Below, one piece after another: positions 50,888-63,115 of a stretch of DNA of 64,000 nucleotides (its first letter is position 1; every line of letters begins with the position of its first letter). A program made the position numbers and the translations under genes. The notes beneath the pieces were generated by a model. It was not told the DNA's origin and searched no databases. It worked only from the letters and a program-made list of their open reading frames with translations. Location: positions 14,756,001 through 14,820,000 of the forward strand of contig NC_043023.1 of assembly GCF_006345805.1 (NCBI RefSeq). The letters are read 5' to 3'. The stretch is from Octopus sinensis. Its lineage: Eukaryota.

Positions 50888-53419
50888 TTATTTTTCTGTA
50901 CGGATACAACCATGTGAAGTCAACTGTTGCTTGCGAGAGAATGACTTTCCACAGGCGTCACAGTGATATGGCTTCTCTCCTGTATGAATATATTTGTGTT
51001 CGGTCAAGTGGAAATTTCGAAGGAATGACTTACCACACACATCACATCGATACGGCTTATCTCCTGTATGAGTATATTTATGTTCAACTAAATGAAGATT
51101 TCGAGTGAACACCTTACCACAAATATCACAATTAAACTGCCTCTTTCCTGTATGAATCTGCTTGTGTTCGGTCAAACTATGAAGCCAAGAGAATGATTTA
51201 TCACAGACGTCGCAACGATACGGCTTCTCTCCTGTATGACTGTGTTTATGTTCAGTCAAATAAAAATTCACTGAGAATGATTTACCACAGATATCACAGT
51301 CGTAAGGTTTCTCACCTGTGTGAATACGTTTGTGTTTGGGCAGGTTTCCTCTCTGAGAGAAAGCTTTACCGCAGATATCACAATGATATGGTTTCTCACC
51401 TGTATGAATATATTTGTGCTCAACCACACTGATTTTTTTGGACAGCGCCTTACCACAGATATCACAGTGATACGGTTTCTCACCTGTATGAATACGAATG
51501 TGTTCGGTCAAATTACTTTTCTGGGAGAACGTCTTCCCACAGGTGTTACAGTTGTATGGCTTCTCACCTGTATGAATACGAATGTGCTCTGTCAAATTAC
51601 CTCTCTGCGAGAACAACTTACCACAGATGTCACAGTGATATGGTTTCTCACCTGTGTGACTACGCTTATGCTCGGTTAAGCAGCTTTTCCGAGGGAACGA
51701 TTTTCCACAGATATCACACACGTGTGGTTTCTCACCTGTGTGAATTCGTTTGTGTGTGGTTAAATTCGTACTTGCCGGAAACGATTTACCACAGATATCA
51801 CAGCGATATGGCTTCTCTCCTGTATGATATCGTCTGTGTACAGTCAAGTCATGATTTCGGGAGAATGATTTACCGCAGATATCACAACGATACGGCTTCT
51901 CACCTGTATGAATACGTATGTGATCGGTTAAATTACTACTACCGGAGAACGATTTACCACAGATATCACACTGATGTGGATTCTCTCCAGAATGAGTGCG
52001 TTTATGTTCATTTAAGTGATAATACCGAGAAAATGAACTGCCACAGATATCACACTGATATGGCATATCTCCGGTATGAATATTTTTGTGTTCGGTCAAA
52101 TGACGACTACTTGAGAAAGATTTACCACAGATATCACAGTGATATGGTTTCTCGCCAGTATGAATGGATTTGTGATACATAAGGGTACTGTTTCGAGAGA
52201 ATGATTTACCACAAATATCACATTCATATGGTTTCTCTCCTGTGTGAGTGTATTTATGAGAAGTAAGACTATTCTTCCGAGAGAATGATTCACCACAAAT
52301 ATCACAGTGATATGGTTTCTCGCCAGTATGAATGGATTTGTGATACATAAGGCTACTGTTTTGAGAGAATGATTTACCACAAATATCGCATTCAAATGGT
52401 TTTTCTCCTGTGTGAGTGTATTTATGAGAAGTAAGACTAGTCTTCTGAGTGAATGACTTTCCACAGATATCACAACGATATGGTTTCTCTCTTGTATGAA
52501 TTCGTATATGCTCGGTTAAGTTACTACTACTAGAGGTGGATTTACCACAAATATCACAGTGATATAATTTCTCTGCCGTCTGAAGGCATTTCTGAGTACT
52601 TATGTCATCATTCTGAACGAATGATTCACCAGAGATGCCAATGGGATCAGGACCCTCTCCCGTATGAATCAGTTTGTGTTTAGTTAAGTTACTTTTCTGC
52701 GAGCATGATTTACCACAGACATTACAGCTAAATGGCTTTTCTCCTGTGTGAACACGTTTGTGACTACTTAAGTGATGGCTAAGAGAGAATGATTTTCCAC
52801 AGATATCGCAGTGAAACGGCTTCTCTCCTGTGTGAATGCGTATGTGATCGGTTACGTGGCGAACGCGAGAGAATGATTTACCACAGATATCACACGAATG
52901 TGGCATCTTCTTTGTATGAACACGCTTGTGCTTAGTTAAGAGGTCATTTTGAGAGAATGATATGCCACAGATATCACAGCGATATGGTTTCTCTCCTGTA
53001 TGAACACGCTTGTGCTTAGTTAAGAGGTCATTTTGAGAGAACGATGTGCCACAGATATCACAGTGATATGGTTTCTCTCCTGTATGAACACGCTTGTGCT
53101 TAGTTAAGAGGTCATTTTGAGAGAACGATGTGCCACAGATATCACAATGATATGGCTTCTCCCCTGTATGAATGCGTTTGTGCACAGTCAAGTGATGACT
53201 TAGAGAGAAGGATTTATCACAGATATCACACGAATGTGGCATCTTTTTTCTATGAACAAGTTGGTGTGTAGTGAGATCACATTTTTGAGAGAATGATTTT
53301 TTACAGATATCACAATGGTGTAATGGTGTTTTTGAATCTTTTGGCATCTCATCAGAAAAACCAAACCTTTCAATTTGTGTCTCACATTTACCTGTGCTCT
53401 CATCCAATTCATTTTCCAT
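50888..53419 (-). CDS. Multi-finger C2H2 zinc-finger protein, 843 aa, single coding exon
   Basis: Uninterrupted ORF with 27 intact CxxC-x12-HxxxH fingers joined by TGEKPY-type linkers, one degenerate internal finger ([12 protein letters not shown]...) and a final finger lacking its last His. Short N-terminus with no recognisable KRAB/SCAN/BTB/ZAD domain. Confidence 0.95.
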   Translation of the reverse strand: MENELDESTGKCETQIERFGFSDEMPKDSKTPLHHCDICKKSFSQKCDLTTHQLVHRKKMPHSCDICDKSFSLSHHLTVHKRIHTGEKPYHCDICGTSFSQNDLLTKHKRVHTGEKPYHCDICGTSFSQNDLLTKHKRVHTGEKPYRCDICGISFSQNDLLTKHKRVHTKKMPHSCDICGKSFSRVRHVTDHIRIHTGEKPFHCDICGKSFSLSHHLSSHKRVHTGEKPFSCNVCGKSCSQKSNLTKHKLIHTGEGPDPIGISGESFVQNDDISTQKCLQTAEKLYHCDICGKSTSSSSNLTEHIRIHTREKPYRCDICGKSFTQKTSLTSHKYTHTGEKPFECDICGKSFSQNSSLMYHKSIHTGEKPYHCDICGESFSRKNSLTSHKYTHTGEKPYECDICGKSFSRNSTLMYHKSIHTGEKPYHCDICGKSFSSSRHLTEHKNIHTGDMPYQCDICGSSFSRYYHLNEHKRTHSGENPHQCDICGKSFSGSSNLTDHIRIHTGEKPYRCDICGKSFSRNHDLTVHRRYHTGEKPYRCDICGKSFPASTNLTTHKRIHTGEKPHVCDICGKSFPRKSCLTEHKRSHTGEKPYHCDICGKLFSQRGNLTEHIRIHTGEKPYNCNTCGKTFSQKSNLTEHIRIHTGEKPYHCDICGKALSKKISVVEHKYIHTGEKPYHCDICGKAFSQRGNLPKHKRIHTGEKPYDCDICGKSFSVNFYLTEHKHSHTGEKPYRCDVCDKSFSWLHSLTEHKQIHTGKRQFNCDICGKVFTRNLHLVEHKYTHTGDKPYRCDVCGKSFLRNFHLTEHKYIHTGEKPYHCDACGKSFSRKQQLTSHGCIRTEK

Positions 53420-53689
53420 TATTTTCCTCCTCTCACCATACTACACAGATATTTTTCTTCTGAACCATTACCATATATTTCGTTTTTGGATTTGGTTTGC
53501 AAGATTCTTTATATGAGTTCGTGTGTTGAAGCATATTCTGTTGTGTCTGGAGAGAGTCATTTTCTTTTTGTGCCTTATTATGTAACACACTCACTGGTAA
53601 AATTTCCACATTTTTCTTATTTTTATTGTCCTAAAATTTTTTGTTGCACCTTGCAACCTTTCAATAGTTATAAATATATACATATATAA

Positions 53690-53905
53690 TTACATGTGAC
53701 CGCGTGTGTACCGTTGGCGATTTTTTTTCCTCTGTTTTCCCTTCTCTGGATCTTTCTTTCTCCTATGTTTCCGACGAAGAGCTCTGCTCGAAACGTTAAA
53801 CCCTCCTTCTTCCCTTCTTTCCTGAGCGTCCAATAATACTATATTTGTTCCACGTCCTCGTGTTGTTGTGTTTTTTTGTGCTTTCTTGTTTGGATTAACT
53901 TTATA
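53690..53905 (+). mobile_element. Penelope-like LTR fragment in (TA)n; second copy at 61408-61592
   Basis: Two near-identical copies carrying the variant hammerhead-like GTTTCCGACGAAGAGCTCYGCTCGAAACGTTAAAC. Confidence 0.55.
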
Positions 53906-54283
53906 TACATATATATATATGTATATATATATATATTTAATTCTTAACACATATTTCTTGGCCAATATTTCTGTAATTTTAGTCAATATCTGTAGATGCT
54001 GCTAATTACTTTGTAATCTGAGTTAAATTAGAATCCAAGGTCATCAGGTACACATTCCAGACAGTAAAGTAAAGACGTTTTTTTTTTTCACTATATACTT
54101 CAGTTCAGAGGAAACATATCATAGATTTTATGGAAAAAAAAAACAGTGAAATATGTGCTCTGTATAACGTGTTCTTCTGGTCCTTGAATAATAATAAGTG
54201 TTGGTGATGCATCCAGGGTAAAACATAATTCTTTAATTCCAATGTCATCTGATATCCTGAAATAATAGAAAAACAATGATATA

Positions 54284-54660
54284 CACTTGCGTCAGAAATT
54301 AATTAGCACTTCTCAAATTTCTACATTAAATAGGTTAAATCAATTAACCTATGAGCTGTTCAAAACGTCTTACGCGATGAGAAAACTTAGTATGGTGTGA
54401 TTTCGGTCCTTGCGAGGCGCTACCTATATCTATTAAACAAAGGAAGATTTGTCTGCATCCGCACTCCAAGTTGTTGCCCTGCTATGTCAACATCATAAGG
54501 CTGTAGACTCTCAAACTGCTCTGCAAACAAAGTTACGTCATCGTTCTGCGCAACAGTGAACTCGCAACAAAGCAATAGTTCGAGATATGGCCACTAGGTG
54601 ACAGCACATACCTTGAGTGAAGAGCAAATCAAGGGTGCTAATTAATTTCTGACGGTAGTG
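54284..54660. mobile_element. Tc1/mariner-type MITE
   Basis: 26-bp TIRs CACT..CGTCAGAAATTAATTAGCAC / GTGCTAATTAATTTCTGACG..AGTG, flanked by TA on both sides. Confidence 0.85.
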
Positions 54661-54755
54661 TAAGCTACGGAGGATATTTAAATGATTGAGATTCAAAAAA
54701 GGAAAATTTTACTGCATTTTTATATTAAGTGTAATTATAAACATTTACACAAATA

Positions 54756-54937
54756 GGTGTAGGAGTGGCTGTGTGGTAAGTAGCTTACTTACTAACCACA
54801 TGGTGCCGGGTTCAGTCCCACTGCATGGCACCTTGAGCCAGTGACTTCTGCTATAGCCTCGGGCCAACCAAAGCCTTGAGTGGATTTGGTAGACGGAAAC
54901 TGAAAGAAGCCCATCGTATATATGTATGTATGTATAT

Positions 54938-54981
<44 letters not shown>

Positions 54982-55700
54982 TATATATATATATATATTA
55001 TATGTATGTAGGCGTAGGAGTGGCTGTGTGGTAAGTAGCTTGTTTACCAACCACATGGTTTCGGGTTCATTCCCACTGTGTGGCACCTTGAGCCAGTGTC
55101 TTCTGCTATAGCCTTGGGCCGACCAAAGCCTTGTGAGTGGATTTGGTAGACGAAAACTGAAAGAAGCCCGTCGTATATATGTATATATATATATATATAT
55201 TATACTCTGCGATGACATAGTATACACGCACCAAGTATAGATGGGCTAGACACGTCGCCCGGCTCACTGATAATCGTTGGACGCACGCAGTTGTAGAGTG
55301 GTACCCGCATGAATGGAAAAGACCACCACGACGGTGGAGTTACGATTTCAGGAGGACGATTGGGATCACGTGGATGAGAAAGGCGCGATCCAGAGAGGAG
55401 TGGACAGCATACTCTGACCAGCGGTGTCAAATGGACGCCTGACGGACTGGTCGGTCAAGGTGATCAAAGTGATATATATTATATGTATATACTCTACTCT
55501 CTTTTACTTGTTTCAGTCATGTGACAGTAGCTATGCAGGAGCACCACCTTTAGTCAAGCAAATCGACCTCAAGACTTATTCTTTGTAAGCCTAGTACTTA
55601 TTCTAATGGTCTCTTTTGCCGAACCGCTAGGTTACGGGGATGTAAACACAGCAGCATCGGCTGTCAAGTGATGTTGGGCGGGGTGGACAAACACACACAC
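54756..55700. mobile_element. Cluster of SINE family A pieces: two heads (+) and one body (-)
   Basis: Heads at ~54756 and ~55011, body at ~55495-55700. Confidence 0.8.
55202..55473 (+). mobile_element. RTE-clade LINE 3' fragment (different family from the array)
   Basis: KYRWARHVARLTDNRWTHAVVEWYP...RPPRRW...WMRKARSREEW. Confidence 0.85.
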
Positions 55701-55965
55701 AAACACATACACACATTTAAGTATAAAATGAGACACTGCTGGCATAATTCCATTATATCTATACTCCACAACACCCGAAGTGAAATGTTTTGATTTTGTC
55801 GAGTTATATCGAAGGAATGCCGTTTTAGGGTTACAGAGATGCGTCGGGACCTCTGTATTTTACCATCAAAATATGGTCATACATACAGAAGCTTGGGGCA
55901 ACCAGTGCAGAGGTTGAGAAAGGTTCTTGAGGGTAAAGACGAACAAAAAGCTGCAAACGATTCTT

Positions 55966-56348
55966 ATTTCTTTATTGCCCACAAGGGGCTAAACATAGAG
56001 GGGACAAACAAGGACAGATAAACGGATTAAGTCGATTACATTGATTCCAGTGCGTAACAGGTACTTAATTTATCGACCCCGAAAGTATGAAAGGCAAAGT
56101 CGACCTCGGCGGAATTTGAACTCAGAACATAACAACAGACGAAATACCTATTTCTTTACTACCCACAAGGGGATAAACACAAAGGGGACAAACAAGGACA
56201 GACAAACGGACTAAGTCGCTTGTAATCGGCCCCGAAAGAATCAAAGGCAAAGTCGACCTCGGTGGAATTTGAACTCAGAACGTAACGGCAGACGAAATAC
56301 GGCGACGCATATCGCCCGGCGTGCTAACGTTTCTGCCAGCTCTCCGCC
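55966..56348 (-). mobile_element. SINE family B with duplicated body
   Basis: One head at 56348 and two bodies joined at GAAATACCTATTTC (~56141). Confidence 0.85.
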
Positions 56349-56822
56349 TATACTAACCATGTACTGTCAATAATACGGACTTACCTTAAGTTACAACTGT
56401 TCCGGGAAAATACCAGCATGTATCACAACCGTTAGGGGCATTCCTCAACCGTCTCTTGTGATTTTAAGCTCCTGTAATATTCATTTCTACCCTGAAATTG
56501 TATCGACAATCCGACTTGATACCAGTTGTTCGCTTGTCTATATTTTTATTCTTTTAGACATACCAACGTTATTTCTTCTTTCAGTAAAGCTGAGTCAACG
56601 GAGAAAGATTACAACTAGATGAAATTTCCTAGCGCTTTAAACGTACAGGTCTCCGATATCCATGTGGCGGAAAGCTATCAGTAGAATGGTACCCAGGAGT
56701 CGTGGCCTGGATGCGGCCCCGGCCCAATTAGAGTGTAAAGAGGTTAGGGTCCAAAACACTTGTCTCAGATGGGTGTTGTTCTAGCTCACTTGAGTTTCTA
56801 ATCGCTGTGTATGAAGCGTAAG

Positions 56823-57207
56823 TGGAGGCGCAATGGCCCAGTGGTTAGGGCAGCGGACTCGCGGTCATAGGATCGCGGTTTCGATTCCCAGACCGGGCGT
56901 TGTGAGTGTTTATTGAGCGAAAACACCTAAAGTTCCACGAGGCTCCGGCAGGGGATGGTGGTGATCCCTGCTGTACTCTTTCACCACAGCTTTCTCTCAC
57001 TCTTACTTCCTGTTTCTGTTGTACCTGTATTTCAAAGGGGGCGGCCTTGTCACTCTCTGTGTCACGCTGAATATCCCCGAGAACTACGTTAAGGGTACAC
57101 GTGTCTGTGGAGTGCTCAGCCACTTACACATTAATTTCACGAGCAGGCTGTTCCGTTGATTCGGATCTACCAGAACCCTCGTCGTCGTAACCGACGGAGT
57201 GCTTCCA
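56823..57207 (+). mobile_element. tRNA-derived SINE family D
   Basis: tRNA-like head TGGCCCAGTGGTTAGG...GGTTTCGATTCCC; related copies at 50570-50718 (-) and 59838-60423 (+). Confidence 0.8.
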
Positions 57208-57482
57208 TCATGAAGCGTATGTTTATATATATGACTGCTTGTGTGTGTGTGTGTGTGTGTGGTGAGATTATCAAAGCAATCAGTAGGTGCAAAACTTATG
57301 ACAGGTGCGTTAGGAATTTGGGAAAATATAAACACATAACGAACAAGGGGAGGTAACTATCACGTAACTCTCGAATCGTATAGCTCAGCTCCGATCCCAT
57401 ACTTCCTGTCAACACGTTGGTATCTTTTCCATCCCCTTGTCCCCTCCCTTCCTCCGCCGTCGTTGCATTACTTCCGGATCTG

Positions 57483-58300
57483 GGGATCTTTTCGGTTTGA
57501 CCGGCAGTTTTTTTTTATAATTTCCACGTAACTAAACACTTTTAAACTTCGTATACTGGTAGAATGGGATCTTTTCGGTTTAAACGGCAGTTTTTTTTCT
57601 AGCGGTATCATATGAAATTGTCACCCATAATCATGACCCTAGTATCGATCTATTGCATTTCAATCTGTTTTAGGGTTAGGGGTTGGGGGAAGGGTATCTT
57701 TTTTTCTTCACAAATGTAAATAAACCCAATCTGTTTCTTAAACTAGGAACATATTCATACGGCACAGAATGTTTTCACCTCAATAGGCGTCATTGATTGG
57801 TTGAAATTGCCGAAATTGAAGAAAAAAAACCCAACAAATACCTTACAAACTATAGAATTTTCTCAATAAAGCCAAGAGAAAAAGATGTTTTATAAACACA
57901 TTCTACCAGTATACGAAGTTTAAAAGTGTTTAGTTACATGGAAATTATTTTAAAAAACTGCCGTTCAAACCAAAAGGATCCTAGATTTGAAATGGTGACG
58001 AAAATGGCTTTTATTTCTTTCTAGAAATTAATAATAAAGTGATTATGAGCATTGAGTAATGGAATTTTAGCCAATAGAAAACCCACATTTCGATAAAACT
58101 AGGGAGAAAATTCTATAGTTTGTAAGATATTTGGTCTTTAATTTCTTGCATTTCGGCAATTTCAACCAATCAATGACGTCTATTGAGGTGAAAACATTCT
58201 GTGCCATATGAATATGTCCCTCGTTTAAGAAACAGATTGGGTTTATTTAGATTTCTGTAAAAAAAGATACCCTTCCCCCACCCCAAAATCTAACCCTAAA
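57483..58300. mobile_element. Two nested, oppositely oriented copies of one MITE
   Basis: Inner copy 57566-57980 has TIRs GGATCTTTTCGGTTT..CGGCAGTTTT. 57484-57566 is the reverse complement of ~57899-57980, and ~58105-58300 is the reverse complement of ~57670-57860. Confidence 0.75.
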
Positions 58301-58494
58301 GTCACCTTGCATAAACCTTTTGCATGGTCTTTCGACCTGCTAGAAAAAGCAGCCAATTTTCCCTTGAACTATACCATAACGTCTAAAAGAGACAAAGATA
58401 AAAATGAAACATTATTCCGCAGCACCCCGTTTGATTCTTTGTTTGGGGCAGGACGGATCTTGTTAAATTTCTTCCAAATTTTCACCAGACTAAA

Positions 58495-59625
58495 GGCGTA
58501 GGAGTGGCTGTGTGGTAATTAGCTTGCTAACCAACCACATGGTTCTGGGTTCAGTCCCACTGCGTGGCACCTTGGGCAAGTGTCTTCTGCTATAGCCCTG
58601 GGCCGACCAATGCCTTGTGAGTGGATTTGGTAGACGGAAACTGAAAGAAGCCCGTCACATATTATATATATATATATATATATAGGCGTAGGAGTGGCTG
58701 TGTGGTAAGTAGCTTGTTTACCAACCACATGGTTCTGGGTTCAGTCCCACTGCGTGGCACCTTGGGCAAGTGTCTTCTGCTATAGCCCTGGGCCGACCAA
58801 TGCCTTGTGAGTGGATTTGGTAGACGGAAACTGAAAGAAGCCCGTCACATATATATATATTATATATAGGCGTAGGAGTGCTGTGGGGTAAGAGCTTGTT
58901 TACCAACCACATGGTTCTGGGTTCAGTCCCACTGCGTGGCACCTGGGCAAGTGTCTTCTGCTATAGCCCTGGGCCGACCAATGCCTTGTGAGTGGATTTG
59001 GTAGACGGAAACTGAAAGAAGCCCGTCACATATATATATATAATATATAGGCGTAGGAGTGGCTGTGTGGTAAGTAGCTTGTTTACCAACCACATGGTTC
59101 TGGGTTCAGTCCCACTGCGTGGCACCTTGGGCAAGTGTCTTCGGCTATAGCCCTGGGCCGACCAATGCCTTGTGAGTGGATTTGGTAGACGGAAACTGAA
59201 AGAAGCCCATCATATATAGGCGCAGGAGTGGCTGTGTAGTAAGTAGCTTGCTAACCAACCACATGGTTCCGGGTTCAGTCCCACTGCGTGGCACCTTGGG
59301 CAAGTGTCTTCTGCTATAGCCCTGGGCCGACCAATGCCTTGTGAGTGGATTTGGTAGACGGAAACTGAAAGAAGCCTGTTGTATATATGTATATATATGC
59401 GTGTGTGTGTTTGTGTGTCTGTGTTTGTCCCCCCAACATCGCTTGACAACCAATGCTGGTGTGTTTATGTCCCTGTCACTTAGCGGTTCGGCAAAAGAGA
59501 CCGATAGAATAAGTACTGGGCTTACAAAAGAATAAGTCCCGGGGTCGATTTGCTCGACTAAAGGCGGTGCTCCAGCATGGCCGCAGTCAAATGACTGAAA
59601 CAAGTAAAAGAGAAAAAAGAAAGAA
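58495..59625 (+). mobile_element. SINE family A with 5 tandem heads and one body
   Basis: Heads at ~58495, 58685, 58869, 59050 and 59219, separated by short (TA)n; body follows the last head. Confidence 0.9.
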
Positions 59626-60011
59626 AAGAGACTATAATCCAAAGATCCTTACTCCCTACTCCGCCAATTCATTTCTCCAAATTTCCAGCATCCGACCTCT
59701 CCAAAGGCACTTTTAACTGTATCCCTTTCCACTCCGTATGGTTTACCTGCATTCGAACGTTTTACGAAAACCCTTGTCTGCCGGTACAAGGTAAAAGTGA
59801 CATAACAGCCACTTCTCACGCCTATATTTTGCAGGTATGTGAAGGCACGTGGTTTAGTGGTTAGGGTATTCGGCTCATGATCGTAAGGTCGCGAGTTCAA
59901 TTCCTGGCTGTGCATTATCTTAATAGAGTAAGGCACTCTATTTCACGTTGCTCCTAAGCTGGCAAAAATGAATAGTACCTGTATTTCAAGGGGCCAGCCT
60001 TGTCGCACTGT

Positions 60012-60345
60012 CATCATCATCATCATCATCGTTTAACGTCCGTTTTCCGCGCTAGCACGGGTTGGATGGTTCGACCGGGGTCTGGGGAGCCAGGGGCTGC
60101 CCCAGGCTCCAGTCTGATCTGGCAGTGTTTCTACAGCTGGATGCCCTTCCTAACGCCAACCACTCCGAGAGTGTAGTGGGTGCTTTTTACGTGCCACCTG
60201 CACAGGTGCCATAGGGGTCTGGCATCGGCCACGATCGGTTGGTGCTTTTTTATGTGCCACCGGCACAGAAGCCAGTGGAGGCTGCACTGGCAACGGCCAC
60301 GTTCGGATAGTGCTTTTTATGTGTCACCGGCACAGGTATCACAAC
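60012..60345 (-). mobile_element. SINE family C with (ATG)n tail and GGAAGGGCATCCAGCTGTAGAAA core, nested in a family D SINE
   Basis: Same core at ~8810-8860, 12125-12240, 62985 and 63765. Host SINE homology continues at 59838-60010 and 60347-60423. Confidence 0.75.
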
Positions 60346-60595
60346 TACTGTGTTATGTTGAATCTCCCTGAGAACTACGTCAAAGGTACGCGTGTCTGTG
60401 GAGTACTCAGCCACTTGCACATTCATCGGAAAGACTTCCGCCTGACACCCCCACTCCCCAATATCTCCGAATTTATTTTATTCAGAAACCCACGTTTTCG
60501 GCTACGGGTATTCCGGAAAAATGCCAAAAATCGGCATTTTTATATTTTCGGACTTACCTTAAGTTACAACTGTTCCAAGAGAATACCAAACTGCA

Positions 60596-61589
60596 GCCAT
60601 GCTGGAGCACAGCCTTTTAGTCAAGCAAGTCAACCCTTGGACTTATTCTTTGTAAGCCTAGTACTTATTCTATCGGTCTCTTTTGCCGAACCGCTAAGTG
60701 ATGGGGACGTAAACACACCAGCATCGGTTGTCAGGCAATGCTAGGGGGACAAACACAGACACACACACACATACATATATATACATATATACGACAGGCT
60801 TCTTTCAGTTTCCGTCTACCAAATCCACTCACAAGGCATTGGTCAGCCCGGGGCTATAGTAGAAGACACTTGCCCAAGATGCCACGCAGTGGGACTGAAC
60901 CCGGAACCATGTGGTTGGTTAGCAAGCTACTTACCACACAGCCACTCCTGTGCCTCCGAATTTATTTTTCTTTTTTTTGTCAGAAACCCACATTTTCGGC
61001 TACGGAGATTCCGGAAAAATGCCAAAAATCGGCATTTTAAAATTTTCGGACTTACCTTAAGTTACAACTGTTCCGAGAGAATACCAGAATGTGACCATGC
61101 TGGAGCACCACCTTTTAGTCGAGCAAATCGACCCCAGGACTTATTCTTTGTAAGCCTAGTACTTATTCTATCTGGTGTGCTAACGTTTCTGCCAGCTCAC
61201 CGCCTTCAATATATATCTTTATAGGGGTTTCTTTTAGTCAAAGAAATCAACCCCAAGACTTATTCTTTGTAAGCCTACTACTTGTTCTATTGGACTCTTT
61301 TGCCGAACTGCTAAGTTACAGGGACATAAACACACCAACACCAGTTGTCAAGTGGTGATGAAGGGACAAACACAAAGATACATACACATAGGTACTTATA
61401 TACATATTTTCAAAATGTGACCGCGTGTGTACCGTTGGCGATTTTTTCCTCTGTCTTCCCTTCTCCTACGTTTCCGACGAAGAGCTCCGCTCGAAACGTT
61501 AAACTCTCCTTCTTGAGCGTCCAATAATACTATATTTGTTCCACGTCCTCGCATTGTTGTTTTTTTGTGCTTTCATGTTTGGATTAACT

Positions 61590-61624
<35 letters not shown>

Positions 61625-61962
61625 CATACACACACACACCCAACTGGCTTCTTTCAGTTTCCCATCTACCAAATCCACTCACAAGACTTTGGTGAGCCTG
61701 AGGCTATAGTAAAAGAAACTTGCCTAAGTGCCACAGAGTGGGACTGAACCCAGAAGCATGCGGTTGGGAAGCAAGCTTCTTACCACACAGCCACACCTGT
61801 ACACATACATGCATTCAATGGGCTTCTTTCAATTTCCATCCACCAAATCCACTCACAAGCATTTGGCTGACCTGAAGCTATAGTAGAAGATTAACCCAAG
61901 GTGCCACACGGTGGAACTGAACCTGAAACCACGTGGTTGGGAAGCAAATTTCTTACCACACA
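60596..61962 (-). mobile_element. Cluster of SINE family A copies and fragments
   Basis: Near-full copy 60596-60953, bodies at ~61090 and ~61235, heads at ~61645 and ~61818. Confidence 0.8.
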
Positions 61963-62374
61963 TTGACTTTGGAATAATTCAGATACAGTTTCTGAGAAAT
62001 ACCCCAAAGGCAAGACCATGACTCTAGCTACGATGTTAGCCCCCGAGATCTTCCAAGATGCACTCATCCGATACTCTCAGCCTGGCCTGTTTCACAACCT
62101 CTGCCCAGATCCTTTGTTGATATTGGACACAGGATCTCTCAGTGTGGAGAGCAACAAGCTAACCCTTCTGAAATTTTGATGGAAGCTTTTAATTTAGATC
62201 ACTTTACCTGCTTTTGTTGATAGTTACCGTTTATAGTAATTCCATTCACATTTAGGATGCTTTATAGGAAAATTAAATCTACCCCAGTATTTCACTGCTA
62301 CCTTATTTCATCAACCCCACAATGATGACAAGTGCTAGTGTAAGTCTTCTATTATAATTCCATTGGTTTCTGGT

Positions 62375-62847
62375 TTAACCCTTTCGTTACCAACCCAGTT
62401 GAAACCGCCTCTGGGTCTGTAGTACAAATGCCTTGTTTTCATAAGTTTTGAATAAAAATCTTCCACCAAACCTTAGTCACAATTAATGTTCCCAACACTA
62501 GCTGAATGATAACTAAGTTATTTTACTAAATTCTTTGTTATATTTAAAGTAATTGAAAGAAACTTAGAACATCTCAACAGAAATAGGGTACCAAAAGGGT
62601 TAAAGTCACCATGATATTTTTAACCCTTTTGATATCAACCCAGCTGAAACCAGGTCTGGCTCTGAATACAAATGCCTTGTTTTCATAAGTTTTGAATAAA
62701 AATCTTCCACCAAACCTTAGCCACAATTTATGTTCCCAACACTAGCTGAATGATAACTAAGTTATTTTACTAAATTCTTTGTTATATTTAAAGTAATTGA
62801 AAGAAACTTAGAGCATCTCAACAGAAATATGGTAACAAAAGGGTTAA
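62375..62847. mobile_element. Two adjacent piggyBac-like MITEs (~220 bp each)
   Basis: TTAA-CCCTTT...AAAGGG-TTAA at 62375-62603 and 62620-62847; internal sequences nearly identical. Confidence 0.85.
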
Positions 62848-63115
62848 GCACAAAACCAGCAGATTTGTGGAGAGAGGTTAATTCAATACCACCGACATCA
62901 GTATTTTACAGGTGTGTACTTGGTGACCCTGTCAGTGCAGGTGCCACTTAAAAGCACCCAGCCCACACTATAAAGTGGTTGGTATTTGGAAGGACATCCA
63001 GCTGTAAAAATCTTGCCAAAACTGACCTCACCTGTGCTGGTGCCATGTAGAAAGCACTACTCACCTCAAACCGCCTGTGCTGGTACCATGAAAAAAGCAC
63101 CAAGTCTGGCTAGAA

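Noticed and set aside
51193-52473. Overlapping or antisense ORFs within the ZNF gene
   Set aside because: Shadow frames of the 84-bp finger periodicity.
56823-56900. tRNA gene
   Set aside because: The tRNA-like head continues into a dispersed SINE body; no convincing acceptor stem. The same applies to family A heads.
57669-57690. Telomeric repeat
   Set aside because: Only two TTAGGG units, internal to a MITE.
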